A stretch of DNA of 36,683 nucleotides, taken from a bacterium. GTDB lineage: Bacteria; AUK180. Positions 1-9,465 of the stretch are shown piece after piece. The notes below the pieces were generated by a model. The model did no database searches. It saw only the letters and a list, made by a program, of their open reading frames with translations, and was not told where the DNA came from. Made by a program: the position numbers and the translations under genes. Every line of letters begins with the position of its first letter. The first letter of the stretch is position 1. The DNA lies in assembly GCA_030622125.1 (NCBI GenBank), contig JAUXGM010000002.1:1-36683 (forward strand). Direction: 5' to 3'.

Positions 1-5
1 AAATA

Positions 6-34
6 TTGAAAAATTTTGCATAATAATTTATAAT
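6..34 (+). promoter_or_regulatory. Sigma70-type promoter (TTGAAA-17bp-TATAAT), probably leaderless
   Basis: TTGAAA at 6-11 and TATAAT at 29-34 with a 17-bp spacer; ATG 7 nt downstream; no Shine-Dalgarno (SD) sequence. Confidence 0.6.
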
Positions 35-41
35 AAATAAT

Positions 42-914
42 ATGAGAAGAATAATTATCATTTTGTTTACTTTATTATTGCTTATTTTTTCCCTAATTCT
101 CGGATGCAGTAAAAATGAAGGTGAAAAAGAAAAAATTATAATTGCAAAAATAAATGGGAACAATATATACAGAAGGGATTTTATAGATTATTACGCTGAT
201 GATAAGATACCTGAATATCCACCTAATGTAAAAAGAAAGCTCTTAATAAATATGATAATTGATAAGCTCATTGCCGAAAAAATAACTTCCGATAGTAAAG
301 TAGATGATGATAAAATTAAAGAGACGATATCGGCGCATTATAAAGGACCTGTATCGGATGATGTTTATGAAAAATTAAAGAAGATTATTTTACTTAAAGG
401 ATATATAAAGGAGAGTATTTCGTTTGATATACCCGAAAAAGAAATTAAAGATTATTATGATAGTCATTCGGATAAATTTTTTACAAAAGAATCCGTTCTG
501 GTATCTCAATTATTCTTTAAAGATGAATCTGTTGCAAAAAAGATATACAAGCTCATCCGCTCTGATCATTCAAAATTCTCCGAATATGCAAACATATACA
601 ATGAAGAGCCATATAAATCAAAAAATGGAAATATGGGATGGATGGAAAGAGGGGAACTACCAACTGCTTTAGAGAATGTTGTTTTTAAAATGAGGAAGGG
701 TACTGTTTCCAAGCCGACGTGCTCGGATTATGGGTATCATATTTTTTGGTTAAAGAAAAAAGTTTATTCAAAGAGTATTCCTTTTGAAAACGCCAAAGAG
801 CGAATAAAGAGGAAGATACTGGAAAATAAATTGAATTTAAGGTATGATGAAATGATCAAGAACCTCATTAAAGATAATGAGATATATGTTGATGAGGAGT
901 ATATATACAAATGA
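42..914 (+). CDS. PpiC/parvulin-type peptidyl-prolyl isomerase lipoprotein (PrsA/SurA-like foldase)
   Basis: Lipobox LILG-C; N-terminal IIAKING chaperone region; parvulin motifs GNMGWMERGELP and VSKP..SDYGYHI. Confidence 0.85.
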   Translation: MRRIIIILFTLLLLIFSLILGCSKNEGEKEKIIIAKINGNNIYRRDFIDYYADDKIPEYPPNVKRKLLINMIIDKLIAEKITSDSKVDDDKIKETISAHYKGPVSDDVYEKLKKIILLKGYIKESISFDIPEKEIKDYYDSHSDKFFTKESVLVSQLFFKDESVAKKIYKLIRSDHSKFSEYANIYNEEPYKSKNGNMGWMERGELPTALENVVFKMRKGTVSKPTCSDYGYHIFWLKKKVYSKSIPFENAKERIKRKILENKLNLRYDEMIKNLIKDNEIYVDEEYIYK

Positions 915-1330
915 AATTGATTGCAAAATGTTTAGTTACTAAACTTTCTTATGGTTGTAAGTATTGTAAAACCAATGAAAGGCTAAAAGATAGATATTTA
1001 AAGCATTTATTAATACCGGTTTGCCTTAAAGAATATGCTTACAATCGTAAGGAATTATATTTCTTAGCAGGCGAACTTTTCGGTGGGGATGGTAAGGCAT
1101 TTGTTGAAGGAAAGGCAAAATACTATCTTGAAAACGGAATAGAAACGGCATCCTTGATCGCAGACGGATTAAATAAAATTGAAAAACTAATGGATTCAAT
1201 GGGAGTTTATGAAATTATATTGCCGAGAATAAGCAGTTTATGTGGTACGGAATATATTTCAGATGGAACATTTCAAGCAGGTTTTATAAAAGGAAAAGGT
1301 ATCCTCCCTGCTTTTTTAGAAAATATATAG
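911..1330 (+). CDS. Hypothetical protein (Cys-containing, CKYC)
   Basis: ATGA overlap with the upstream gene; 139-aa ORF filling the gap in the operon; no family recognised. Confidence 0.6.
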   Translation: MKLIAKCLVTKLSYGCKYCKTNERLKDRYLKHLLIPVCLKEYAYNRKELYFLAGELFGGDGKAFVEGKAKYYLENGIETASLIADGLNKIEKLMDSMGVYEIILPRISSLCGTEYISDGTFQAGFIKGKGILPAFLENI

Positions 1331-1342
1331 GAGTTTTTATAT

Positions 1343-4327
1343 ATGAAGAGACACTTTAAAATTATTTTAATAATAGCAATACTCTTTCAAATCGTAGTTT
1401 GCTTTACAGGGGAAATAGTTTTTACAACAGGAAACAAAATTGGAAATATGCCCGCTTTGGGAGATATAGATTACGATGAAAAATATGAATTTATTATTAT
1501 GAAGGAAACCGGAGATCTATTAATTCTTAATCCTGAGACATTGGAAAAATTTAAGGATTATATGATTAGTAATTTTATCAAAAAAGGGGATATATTAGTA
1601 AATAAAAAAGATGACACTATCTATGCAGTAAAAATCCCATTTGATGATACCTCCACTATAACGCCATTTATTTTTGACATAAATGAAGATGGAATCGAAG
1701 ATATTATAATGATATTTAATAAAAGCGGAAAGATCATAGGACTTGATTATTACAACTTATATAAGAATTATCAAAAAACGGGAAAAGATATAATTAAGAA
1801 CAATTATATAATATGGAGTAATCAGATTGAAAATGATGAGATAACAAGTGGAGTATCATTATTTAAGAAACATGGGAAATATTATATTGTCTTCGGCAGT
1901 AAACAGGAGCATCTCTATATAATCAATCTAAAAACAGGTGTATTTGCAAATAATATTGATATACACAAATTCGTTTCTACTCCGGATAGAAGAATGATCC
2001 GGGATTCTCCTCTTATTTACGATATTAACGGAGATAATTTCAATGATATTATTGTCGGCAGTAATAGTGGAACAATTGTGGCATTAAATGGAAAAACAAA
2101 GACAAAACTCTGGACATTTTCAAAAAAAAATTCTCCGGTTCTATTTGCTCCTTCCGTTGTAAAAAATAATAAAACCATTAATCTTATTGTTCCGTTCAAT
2201 GAATATAAGGTCGTATGTCTCAATGCTAAAACGGGGCGTGAAATATGGTATTATAATACCGATGCTTCATTGTTTGGTGCTGTTACAGTTGCCGATCTGA
2301 ATAACGATAATACCGAAGAAGTGCTTTTTGCTACTGTGGACGGTTTTCTTACCTGTTTAAATAGTTTAAATGGAGAGAAATTGTGGACATTTAAAACGAG
2401 CAAAGTGGTTGCCACTCCCATCGTTTACGATTTTAATCAAGATCTATTTGGAGATATTGTTCTTTGTGATAATAACGGTATTATTCAGATTATTAATAGT
2501 AAAACCCATCTGCCAATGGATAACTACAAATTCATTACCAAAGGTTTACAGGAAATTGCTTCTCAGCCCCTAATAGGTGATTTCACGGGAAATGGGATCA
2601 TAGATATTGCTCTAAATTCAACAGATAAGAATTTTTATATGTTCACAGATCGCGAAAAAATTGAAATTGAGCAATGGAAGATCATAAATGTTACCGAAAA
2701 AGGTGATCTTTATAGAACAGGCAATATTAGTGAAAATAAGATAAATAATGCAAAGTTAAAATTTTATTTAAATAACATTAGAAAGAAAAATTTTTATAAA
2801 GCTGCAAATGATTATCTTAGTGAGGGGAATATTAATCTTGCAGCATTTAATTTTAAAAAAGTATTGGATATTGATCCGGAATACAAGGATACAGCAGAAC
2901 AATTTGGAAAGATCGTGGATAAATTTTTAAATTATGAGTATAAGTCATTTCAAGAAGCATTAAATCAAGAAAATCTCGCCACAGCAAAAAAAATTCTAAA
3001 CGATGTTGAAAAAGTTTCAGCCAGCTATGAAAAATTGGATGAAATGAGAACATTACTGGGCAAAAAGTTAAAGGATCATAAAGAAGCAAGACGGTTATTG
3101 GAGGATGGAAAGAAGGATATTGCAGCTCATTTAATGATAGTTGGTTATAAGAAACTACAGCAGGCAAAAAAATTAGCACCAAAAAACAATTTAATAAACG
3201 CAGAGATCCAGAAATATATTTATGAAATGAATCTTTATAATGAAATGCTTCAAGACATCTCTGATCATAAATGGGGAAAAGCCGCTGAAAAATACAATAA
3301 GCTTTTTGCAAAAGATCCGAATTTCCCCGGGCTCACTGGATATAAAGCAAAAATAACATTCAATAAGAATAAATTTTTAATTCTTGGAGGTGTATTACTG
3401 TTTGTTGCTTTGCTTATGATTATGTTTTTTATGTTGAAGAAAAATAAGAAAAAGAAAGAAGAACTGATGAAACAACATATTATTGAGAATAAGGAGGTAA
3501 TTGCAGCAAAATCCGTATCATTTGAAGGAGAGCAATCTGATGAGGTACCCACCGAAATGGTTTCCGAAGTTATAGAAAAAAATGAAGAATCCACCGTTAC
3601 AGCGGAACATTCCGTTGATGTGTCCCAAGAAGAACAGGAGGAAGAAGAAGTTATTCAAGAAACTACTCCAATAGAAGATTATGACGAAAGTAGTATCGAG
3701 CTTGGCGGTATAGATTTGGGAGTTTCGACTGAAAATACGGAACCAGCTGTTTCGGAGTATGAAAATATTTCCGAAGATGAAGAAATACTTTCTACCTCAA
3801 AAGATGTAAACCTTTCCGAAGAGCCTGAGGAAAGGAGCATGCAGGAGGAAAATCTTGAAGTAAGGATGACAATGGCAATACAACTTTATGAGGATGAAGA
3901 TTACAGTAGAGCAAAAGATGAGTTTAAAAAAATACTGAATACGGATTCTTCCTACAAGTATAAAACATTATCGTATTTAGGGTTATGTTATTATGCCCTT
4001 GGAGAAACGGAGCTTTCAATGAAAACAATAAAAAAAATTCCATATCAGGACAACGAACTTCCGACAGATGAGGAAAGAGAAATTTTAACAATTCTCGGCA
4101 ATGGTTTTGTAAAAAATAATTTAATTAAACCGGCAATTCAAGTTTTTAAAAAACTTGTTGGTTTGATTGATGGACTTGAAAAGAAAAAAATTCTTTATAC
4201 AATAGCCAATATTTATCTTGATAACGGAGACAAAGAAGAGGCATCAAAATACTATAAAGAATTATTTTTGATTGACCCGAATTATAAAGATGTGGGGGAT
4301 AAACTCGATGAACTTGGTTTTTCCTGA
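1343..4327 (+). CDS. Single-pass membrane protein: FG-GAP/PQQ-like beta-propeller + TPR (outside), TM, acidic linker + TPR (inside)
   Basis: SD AGGAG upstream; signal peptide; repeated DxNxDG loops (DINEDG, DINGDN, DLNNDN, DFNQD, DFTGNG) and G..LW-type repeats; TPR ends LDIDPEYKD and LIDPNYKD; TM FLILGGVLLFVALLMIMFFML followed by a poly-Lys stretch. Confidence 0.8.
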   Translation: MKRHFKIILIIAILFQIVVCFTGEIVFTTGNKIGNMPALGDIDYDEKYEFIIMKETGDLLILNPETLEKFKDYMISNFIKKGDILVNKKDDTIYAVKIPFDDTSTITPFIFDINEDGIEDIIMIFNKSGKIIGLDYYNLYKNYQKTGKDIIKNNYIIWSNQIENDEITSGVSLFKKHGKYYIVFGSKQEHLYIINLKTGVFANNIDIHKFVSTPDRRMIRDSPLIYDINGDNFNDIIVGSNSGTIVALNGKTKTKLWTFSKKNSPVLFAPSVVKNNKTINLIVPFNEYKVVCLNAKTGREIWYYNTDASLFGAVTVADLNNDNTEEVLFATVDGFLTCLNSLNGEKLWTFKTSKVVATPIVYDFNQDLFGDIVLCDNNGIIQIINSKTHLPMDNYKFITKGLQEIASQPLIGDFTGNGIIDIALNSTDKNFYMFTDREKIEIEQWKIINVTEKGDLYRTGNISENKINNAKLKFYLNNIRKKNFYKAANDYLSEGNINLAAFNFKKVLDIDPEYKDTAEQFGKIVDKFLNYEYKSFQEALNQENLATAKKILNDVEKVSASYEKLDEMRTLLGKKLKDHKEARRLLEDGKKDIAAHLMIVGYKKLQQAKKLAPKNNLINAEIQKYIYEMNLYNEMLQDISDHKWGKAAEKYNKLFAKDPNFPGLTGYKAKITFNKNKFLILGGVLLFVALLMIMFFMLKKNKKKKEELMKQHIIENKEVIAAKSVSFEGEQSDEVPTEMVSEVIEKNEESTVTAEHSVDVSQEEQEEEEVIQETTPIEDYDESSIELGGIDLGVSTENTEPAVSEYENISEDEEILSTSKDVNLSEEPEERSMQEENLEVRMTMAIQLYEDEDYSRAKDEFKKILNTDSSYKYKTLSYLGLCYYALGETELSMKTIKKIPYQDNELPTDEEREILTILGNGFVKNNLIKPAIQVFKKLVGLIDGLEKKKILYTIANIYLDNGDKEEASKYYKELFLIDPNYKDVGDKLDELGFS

Positions 4328-5060
4328 TAATTTTTTACTTATAATATCTTATGATGGCAGCGATTATTTCGGGTGGGCTATACAAAAAGATAAGATAACG
4401 ATCCAGGGTGTTTTCAAAAAGTGTTTTGATGATCTCTTCGGCAAATATGAATGGTCGGTTGCAGGAAGAACAGATCGGGGGGTTCATGCTTATGGACAGA
4501 TACTCTCTATCTCTACGGTACTTAAAATGCCTCGGAATAAACTTTTATACCTGATCAATGATCATTTACCCGCATCTATTCAAGTTAAAAAAATTAAGTT
4601 TACAAATAAATATATCGATATAAGAAGAACGGCAAAAAAGCGAACTTATAAATATTTTATGGATGATATTTCTATATTTACCCCGTTCAAAAGTCGATAC
4701 CGTAATTACATTGATTTTACGGGAATAGATTGGGAAATTTTTAAAGAAGAAATGGAAAGTTTTATTGGCAGACATAACTTTTTTAATTTTTCTTCCGCAA
4801 ATACTAATGTAAAAAATTATGAAAGAACGGTATTCAATTTTGACATAAGATTATCAAAAAAGAGTGCTTTAATTACAATAAGTGCCGACGGTTTTTTATA
4901 TAATATGGTGCGTCGTATAATTGGAAGTTTATTGGATCTTAGTCGTGGAAAATTAAATAAAACAGATTATCAAGAATTATTTAATTTTGGAATTGATATG
5001 AGGAATAAAACTTCTCTTGTAGCTCCGAATGGGTTATATTTGTGGCGGGTGAATTATTAG
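4308..5060 (+). CDS. truA: tRNA pseudouridine(38-40) synthase
   Basis: ISYDGSDYFGW, AGRTDRGVHA (catalytic Asp), GFLYNMVRRIIG, APNGLYL. ATG at 4308 preferred over TTG at 4272. Confidence 0.95.
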   Translation: MNLVFPDNFLLIISYDGSDYFGWAIQKDKITIQGVFKKCFDDLFGKYEWSVAGRTDRGVHAYGQILSISTVLKMPRNKLLYLINDHLPASIQVKKIKFTNKYIDIRRTAKKRTYKYFMDDISIFTPFKSRYRNYIDFTGIDWEIFKEEMESFIGRHNFFNFSSANTNVKNYERTVFNFDIRLSKKSALITISADGFLYNMVRRIIGSLLDLSRGKLNKTDYQELFNFGIDMRNKTSLVAPNGLYLWRVNY

Positions 5061-5127
5061 AACTAAACTATTAAAACTACTCAAAAATTGGAAAAATACA
5101 AAATATTATATCATCGGGAGTATTCTT

Positions 5128-6201
5128 TTGATCTTTATTTTAAATTTATTCCAGGGATTACCATTTAGGATATTAATAGCATTGTTGCTGGTCTTTTTGG
5201 TCATTCCAATCTTCTCTGAAATAATTAAAAAAAGAAAATATAAAGAACTTCTTTCGGACTATAAAAAAGAGATTAACCTAATTATTGATAATTTGACGAC
5301 AGGGAAAGAGTCAGGTGAAACACAATTGAAATTTTTGAAAGAACTCATTAAAGAAATAGAAAAAATCAGAACAAAGTATAAAATTGATGTAAAAAACCAC
5401 AATGCAAAAACAGAGCGAATTCTGAAAGAAGCAAATGACTTTATCAACAATATAGAAGAAAAACTCCGAATGATGACACCGAAAAATTGGGATTGTAGAT
5501 TACCCGAACTTCGTATTGACTTTTTTAACAAAGAACAAACATCTTATACAAAAATAAATATAATCACACTTGACGAAAAAATAAACACTGTTACAGATCA
5601 ATTTAAAATTTATTATGATAGTTTTGATCAAATTTTTAATTTTATTAATATAATATTCGAGAAGATCATAAAACTTGATCAGATAAATAAAGAATTTCAA
5701 GTGGTCTTCGATAATATTAAATTGCTTTACTTGAATATTCAATTGGAAGCAATAAAAAAAGGAGATATTGCCAACGAATTTATCGTTATTGGTAATGAGA
5801 TGAATCAATTATATGATGATAGTAGAAATAATGTTAATAAAGTTGAGGAGATATTGAATTTTATAAAAACGCAACAAAATTTAATCGAAACCGGTGGCGA
5901 GATAAGGATCAATTTTGAAAATTTATCACAGGATCTTACATCCCTTGCATCTGATATTAAGGAAATTCAAAAGAAAATGGAGGCAAATAATATCAATAGT
6001 GAAATGAAAGATAAATTTTATAGCGATGCCGAAACAGAATATCAGGAATTTATAAAAAAGTGGTATGCACTTCAAGATAACCTTACTGAAATCAAAGAAT
6101 TTATTGAAAAAAATAATAATAGAGTAAATATAACTGTTTTAGAGTTTAAAAATGCTTTAAAGTGGCTGGAACATATTAAAGAAATATTAAAGGAGAAATA
6201 G
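5128..6201 (+). CDS. Membrane-anchored coiled-coil protein with a degenerate methyl-accepting chemotaxis signalling tip
   Basis: N-terminal TM; NIKLLYLNIQLEAIKKGDIANEFIVIGNEMNQL aligns with the MCP consensus [35 protein letters not shown] GGGAG before TTG. Confidence 0.65.
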   Translation: MIFILNLFQGLPFRILIALLLVFLVIPIFSEIIKKRKYKELLSDYKKEINLIIDNLTTGKESGETQLKFLKELIKEIEKIRTKYKIDVKNHNAKTERILKEANDFINNIEEKLRMMTPKNWDCRLPELRIDFFNKEQTSYTKINIITLDEKINTVTDQFKIYYDSFDQIFNFINIIFEKIIKLDQINKEFQVVFDNIKLLYLNIQLEAIKKGDIANEFIVIGNEMNQLYDDSRNNVNKVEEILNFIKTQQNLIETGGEIRINFENLSQDLTSLASDIKEIQKKMEANNINSEMKDKFYSDAETEYQEFIKKWYALQDNLTEIKEFIEKNNNRVNITVLEFKNALKWLEHIKEILKEK

Positions 6202-7308
6202 ATGAAAAAAAATCTAATTATCTTTACAATTATATTGATTACGATAAATATTGCAGCTAAAACGGAAATATATTTTTGGCATGTTTTTGACGGCTCACTT
6301 AGGATAAGTTTGGAAGGCATCATAAATGAATTTAACAGTTCCCAACGAGACATTGAAATAAAACTTGTAAGTCAAAAAAAATATTCAACTATATTTCAAA
6401 AATTGAAATCACTTATAAAATATAAAGGTAAAATGCCGGATATTTTTTTGGGATATTCATCATGGCTTTCACAGTTCCCTATTGATAAACTATATAAATG
6501 CAACGATCTTTTATCAAAAGAAAAAATAAACAGAATTCATCCGCAGCTTTTAAAAGATGCTTCATTTAACGATATACAGTATGGACTTCCATTTAATAAA
6601 AGTATAATGCTCCTCTATGTGAATGATAGTATTATCTCTAAGGCGAAAATCAATATAAAAGATTATAAAGCAGCAGATCTAATGAAGTTATTAAGAGAGA
6701 TAAAAAAGAGAACAGGGAAAACATCAATGGCTTACAACGGAAGTGTTTGGGCTTATGAAAATCTACTTTTAAATATCGGTGGAAACCTTTCTGATCTTTC
6801 TTCTTCAAAATCCGCAGCAGTCCTTGAAATGATAAGAACCGGATTTAAAGAAAAAATGATCATTTTTAAAAGTGGTTTTTCATTTCAAAAATATTGGACG
6901 GATCAAACGGTGCCAATTATGTTTTCCTCTATTGTTTCTCTAAATTATATGAAGGATATAAACTTTTCGTACAAGAGATATAATGTTTTGGGTGGTGATA
7001 CAACTACATATTCTATTATTTCCGGCAGCAATTTGTATGTTTCCAAAAAGGATAACAATCATGCTGCAATCGCTAAATTTTTGAACTGGTTTTATCAAAA
7101 GAAGATATTGGAAAAGTGGTGCAATAAAAGCGGTTATCTTCCATTATCCAAAGAGCAAAGAGGTGGGGATATATTAAAGGATATTACAATTATTTTAGAA
7201 CCCAATAGTGATGAGTGGTATAAAGTGAGAAAAGAATTAAGTGGAATAATAAAAACTTCGTTAATTTCAGGAGAAAGTTCTGAAAAATTACTGCAAACAC
7301 TTAAATAA
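6202..7308 (+). CDS. Extracellular solute-binding protein, family 1 (sugar/glycerol-3-phosphate ABC type)
   Basis: Signal peptide; IYFWH, INEFN, YGLPFNKS..LLYVN, AKFLNWF, W...SGYLP. Confidence 0.85.
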   Translation: MKKNLIIFTIILITINIAAKTEIYFWHVFDGSLRISLEGIINEFNSSQRDIEIKLVSQKKYSTIFQKLKSLIKYKGKMPDIFLGYSSWLSQFPIDKLYKCNDLLSKEKINRIHPQLLKDASFNDIQYGLPFNKSIMLLYVNDSIISKAKINIKDYKAADLMKLLREIKKRTGKTSMAYNGSVWAYENLLLNIGGNLSDLSSSKSAAVLEMIRTGFKEKMIIFKSGFSFQKYWTDQTVPIMFSSIVSLNYMKDINFSYKRYNVLGGDTTTYSIISGSNLYVSKKDNNHAAIAKFLNWFYQKKILEKWCNKSGYLPLSKEQRGGDILKDITIILEPNSDEWYKVRKELSGIIKTSLISGESSEKLLQTLK

Positions 7309-8683
7309 ATTTTTATACTATTTTTTATTTTTTCTTCTTTATTTTTTTTCTTTCCCAAATGAGATTATTAAAGATACATCTATAATACAAATTGTGTTAC
7401 CATTTTCTTTTTTTGTGATACTGATCAACTACAAAGACAAGATAAAAAAACTCTATTTTTATATAACAATGGTCATTGTCAATTATTTCCTTTATGTGTG
7501 GCTTATCTATACATTGCATAGATTCGGAGGGCTTCACTCACTTCTTGCCGCTTTTTTTATTTTATTTCTTTCTCTCTATCTTGCTTTATATCCATTAATT
7601 TTTCTTATACTTATCAGAAAATACAAAAGATATCCTTTCTTTTTCCCGGTATTCTGGTTGATATTAGAGATCATTAGAGGGTGGTTTCTGTCGGGATTTA
7701 CCTTTAATTTAATAGGTTATTCTCTTTATAAAGCTCGATTTTTAATTATGCCCGCCCGATTTTATACCGTATATGGTGTCGGTTTTTTTATAGTTCTACT
7801 CTCCACTTTGATTGTGAATATTAAAAGAAAGAATATGAAATTTATTCTTATATTTGCTCTTGTTGTTTATTTCATTCCACTTTTGGCTTTTCTAAGTCCC
7901 TATGAAAAGCCGAATATAAATATTGCAATGCTTGAAACATCATTTGAACCGGAGGATAAACGAATAAATAACTATGATGTTTTTTGGAAATACCATTATC
8001 AAAATACAAAAAAATTCTTGACAAGTGATCATAAAATTGACCTTATGATCTGGTCTGAAACCTCGTTTCCATTTACGATTAAAAGGAATTCCTATGAATT
8101 TATGCGGCTTCGGGATTTAGTAACAAAAAACGATATTAATCTTGTATTCGGTGCAATGAATTATTCTAATGGGAAATACTATAATTCCTCTATTTTTTTG
8201 AATAAAAACGGTATAATTGAAGATATCTATAGTAAAAATCACCTTGTTCTTTTCGGCGAATATTTTCCTTTAAGAAATTTTCCGATCTTGAAAAATATAT
8301 ATGGACAATTTCTCGATTTTACACCAGGGGAAGAAATTAAGGTATTTTCAATCGGAAAAACAAAGATCTACACACCGATCTGTTACGAAATCGCTTTTGG
8401 ATCACTTATAAGAAAAGCGGTAAAGCATGGAGCAAAAATAATAATTAATACATCAAATGATGGTTGGTACGGATACAGTTCGGGACCTATTCAGGAAGTA
8501 CCATTTGCGGTATTCAGAGCGATTGAAGGGAATGTGTGGGTTGGCAGAGCGATAAATCGGGGCTATGGTGTAATCGTGAGACCGGATGGAAAGATAATAT
8601 ATACCAACGACCCTAAAACATGGGGGGTTATAACCCTTGACCAAGAAGGTAAAGTAGATTTTTATAAATTATATATGAAGTAA
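7280..8683 (+). CDS. lnt: Apolipoprotein N-acyltransferase
   Basis: Nitrilase-type E-K-C triad (IWSETS, KNHLVLFGEYFP, ICYE), SNDGWYG, FRAIE. The frame is open upstream of GTG 7394 to 7265; probable CTG start at 7280 after AGGAG (start uncertain). Confidence 0.93.
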   Translation: MKNYCKHLNKFLYYFLFFLLYFFSFPNEIIKDTSIIQIVLPFSFFVILINYKDKIKKLYFYITMVIVNYFLYVWLIYTLHRFGGLHSLLAAFFILFLSLYLALYPLIFLILIRKYKRYPFFFPVFWLILEIIRGWFLSGFTFNLIGYSLYKARFLIMPARFYTVYGVGFFIVLLSTLIVNIKRKNMKFILIFALVVYFIPLLAFLSPYEKPNINIAMLETSFEPEDKRINNYDVFWKYHYQNTKKFLTSDHKIDLMIWSETSFPFTIKRNSYEFMRLRDLVTKNDINLVFGAMNYSNGKYYNSSIFLNKNGIIEDIYSKNHLVLFGEYFPLRNFPILKNIYGQFLDFTPGEEIKVFSIGKTKIYTPICYEIAFGSLIRKAVKHGAKIIINTSNDGWYGYSSGPIQEVPFAVFRAIEGNVWVGRAINRGYGVIVRPDGKIIYTNDPKTWGVITLDQEGKVDFYKLYMK

Positions 8684-9446
8684 TCGTTCCGACACCACCT
8701 GGAACGGGTGTGATACTACAATCAATATCCTCTAATAAATCCGTATTTACATCTCCTACGATCTTATTACCTAATTTATTAATACCGACATCAATGATAA
8801 ATTGATCGTCTCTGAAATATGATGGTCCGAAAAAATCAGCCTTTCCAATAGCACAAACAACAATATCTGCGGTTTTTGTTATTTGCGACAGCTCCAATGT
8901 TCTTGAATGGCATATTGTTACGGTGCAATTTTCGGATAAAAAAAGTGGAACAAGTGGTTTTCCAACACGAACAGATCGTCCTACAATAACAATATTCTTT
9001 CCTTCCAATTTTCCCTCGAAATATTTTTTTGCAATAACAAGAACGCTTTCTGCGGTTGCCGGCGCCAAAAGGGAGCTTCCGGCAAATAATTTACCAAAAT
9101 TATTTGTATTGATACAGTCAACATCCTTTTCTGCCGGTATTTTTTGCAAATATTCACTTTTCAGATCATTGGGATAAGGAGCAAGTGCAAGTATGCCATC
9201 GGATAATTTGATCTCATCCGAATCCAATAATGTCAAAAATTGTGAACTATTTGTATAGTTGAATATCTTTGCTTTGATATGAAATTGAACAGCTTTTTTT
9301 ATCAGGGATTCTGCGTAGTACTCCGCATCCCCGCCTTTTTCACCAAGAAATATGGCAAGCTTGATTTCGTTTTCATATTGTAATCTTTTTTGAATAATCT
9401 TTTCCCTCAGGATCTTACCAAGAGATTTTGTCTTATATATTTTCAT
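8628..9446 (-). CDS. folD: Methylenetetrahydrofolate dehydrogenase (FolD family; cyclohydrolase site altered)
   Basis: EKDVDC, GRSVRVGKP, TVTICHSRT, IDVGIN, VGDV, ITPVPGGVG. Start taken as ATG 9446 with SD GAGGT rather than TTG 9518. Confidence 0.93.
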   Translation of the reverse strand: MKIYKTKSLGKILREKIIQKRLQYENEIKLAIFLGEKGGDAEYYAESLIKKAVQFHIKAKIFNYTNSSQFLTLLDSDEIKLSDGILALAPYPNDLKSEYLQKIPAEKDVDCINTNNFGKLFAGSSLLAPATAESVLVIAKKYFEGKLEGKNIVIVGRSVRVGKPLVPLFLSENCTVTICHSRTLELSQITKTADIVVCAIGKADFFGPSYFRDDQFIIDVGINKLGNKIVGDVNTDLLEDIDCSITPVPGGVGTITSYIIYKNLLYLLGQGL

Positions 9447-9465
9447 TGTCAACCTCAAATAATTT

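Noticed and set aside
2853-3594. Minus-strand ORFs of 152 and 109 aa, and the other short nested ORFs in the track
   Set aside because: They are fully nested in or antisense to well-supported genes and have no motifs of their own.
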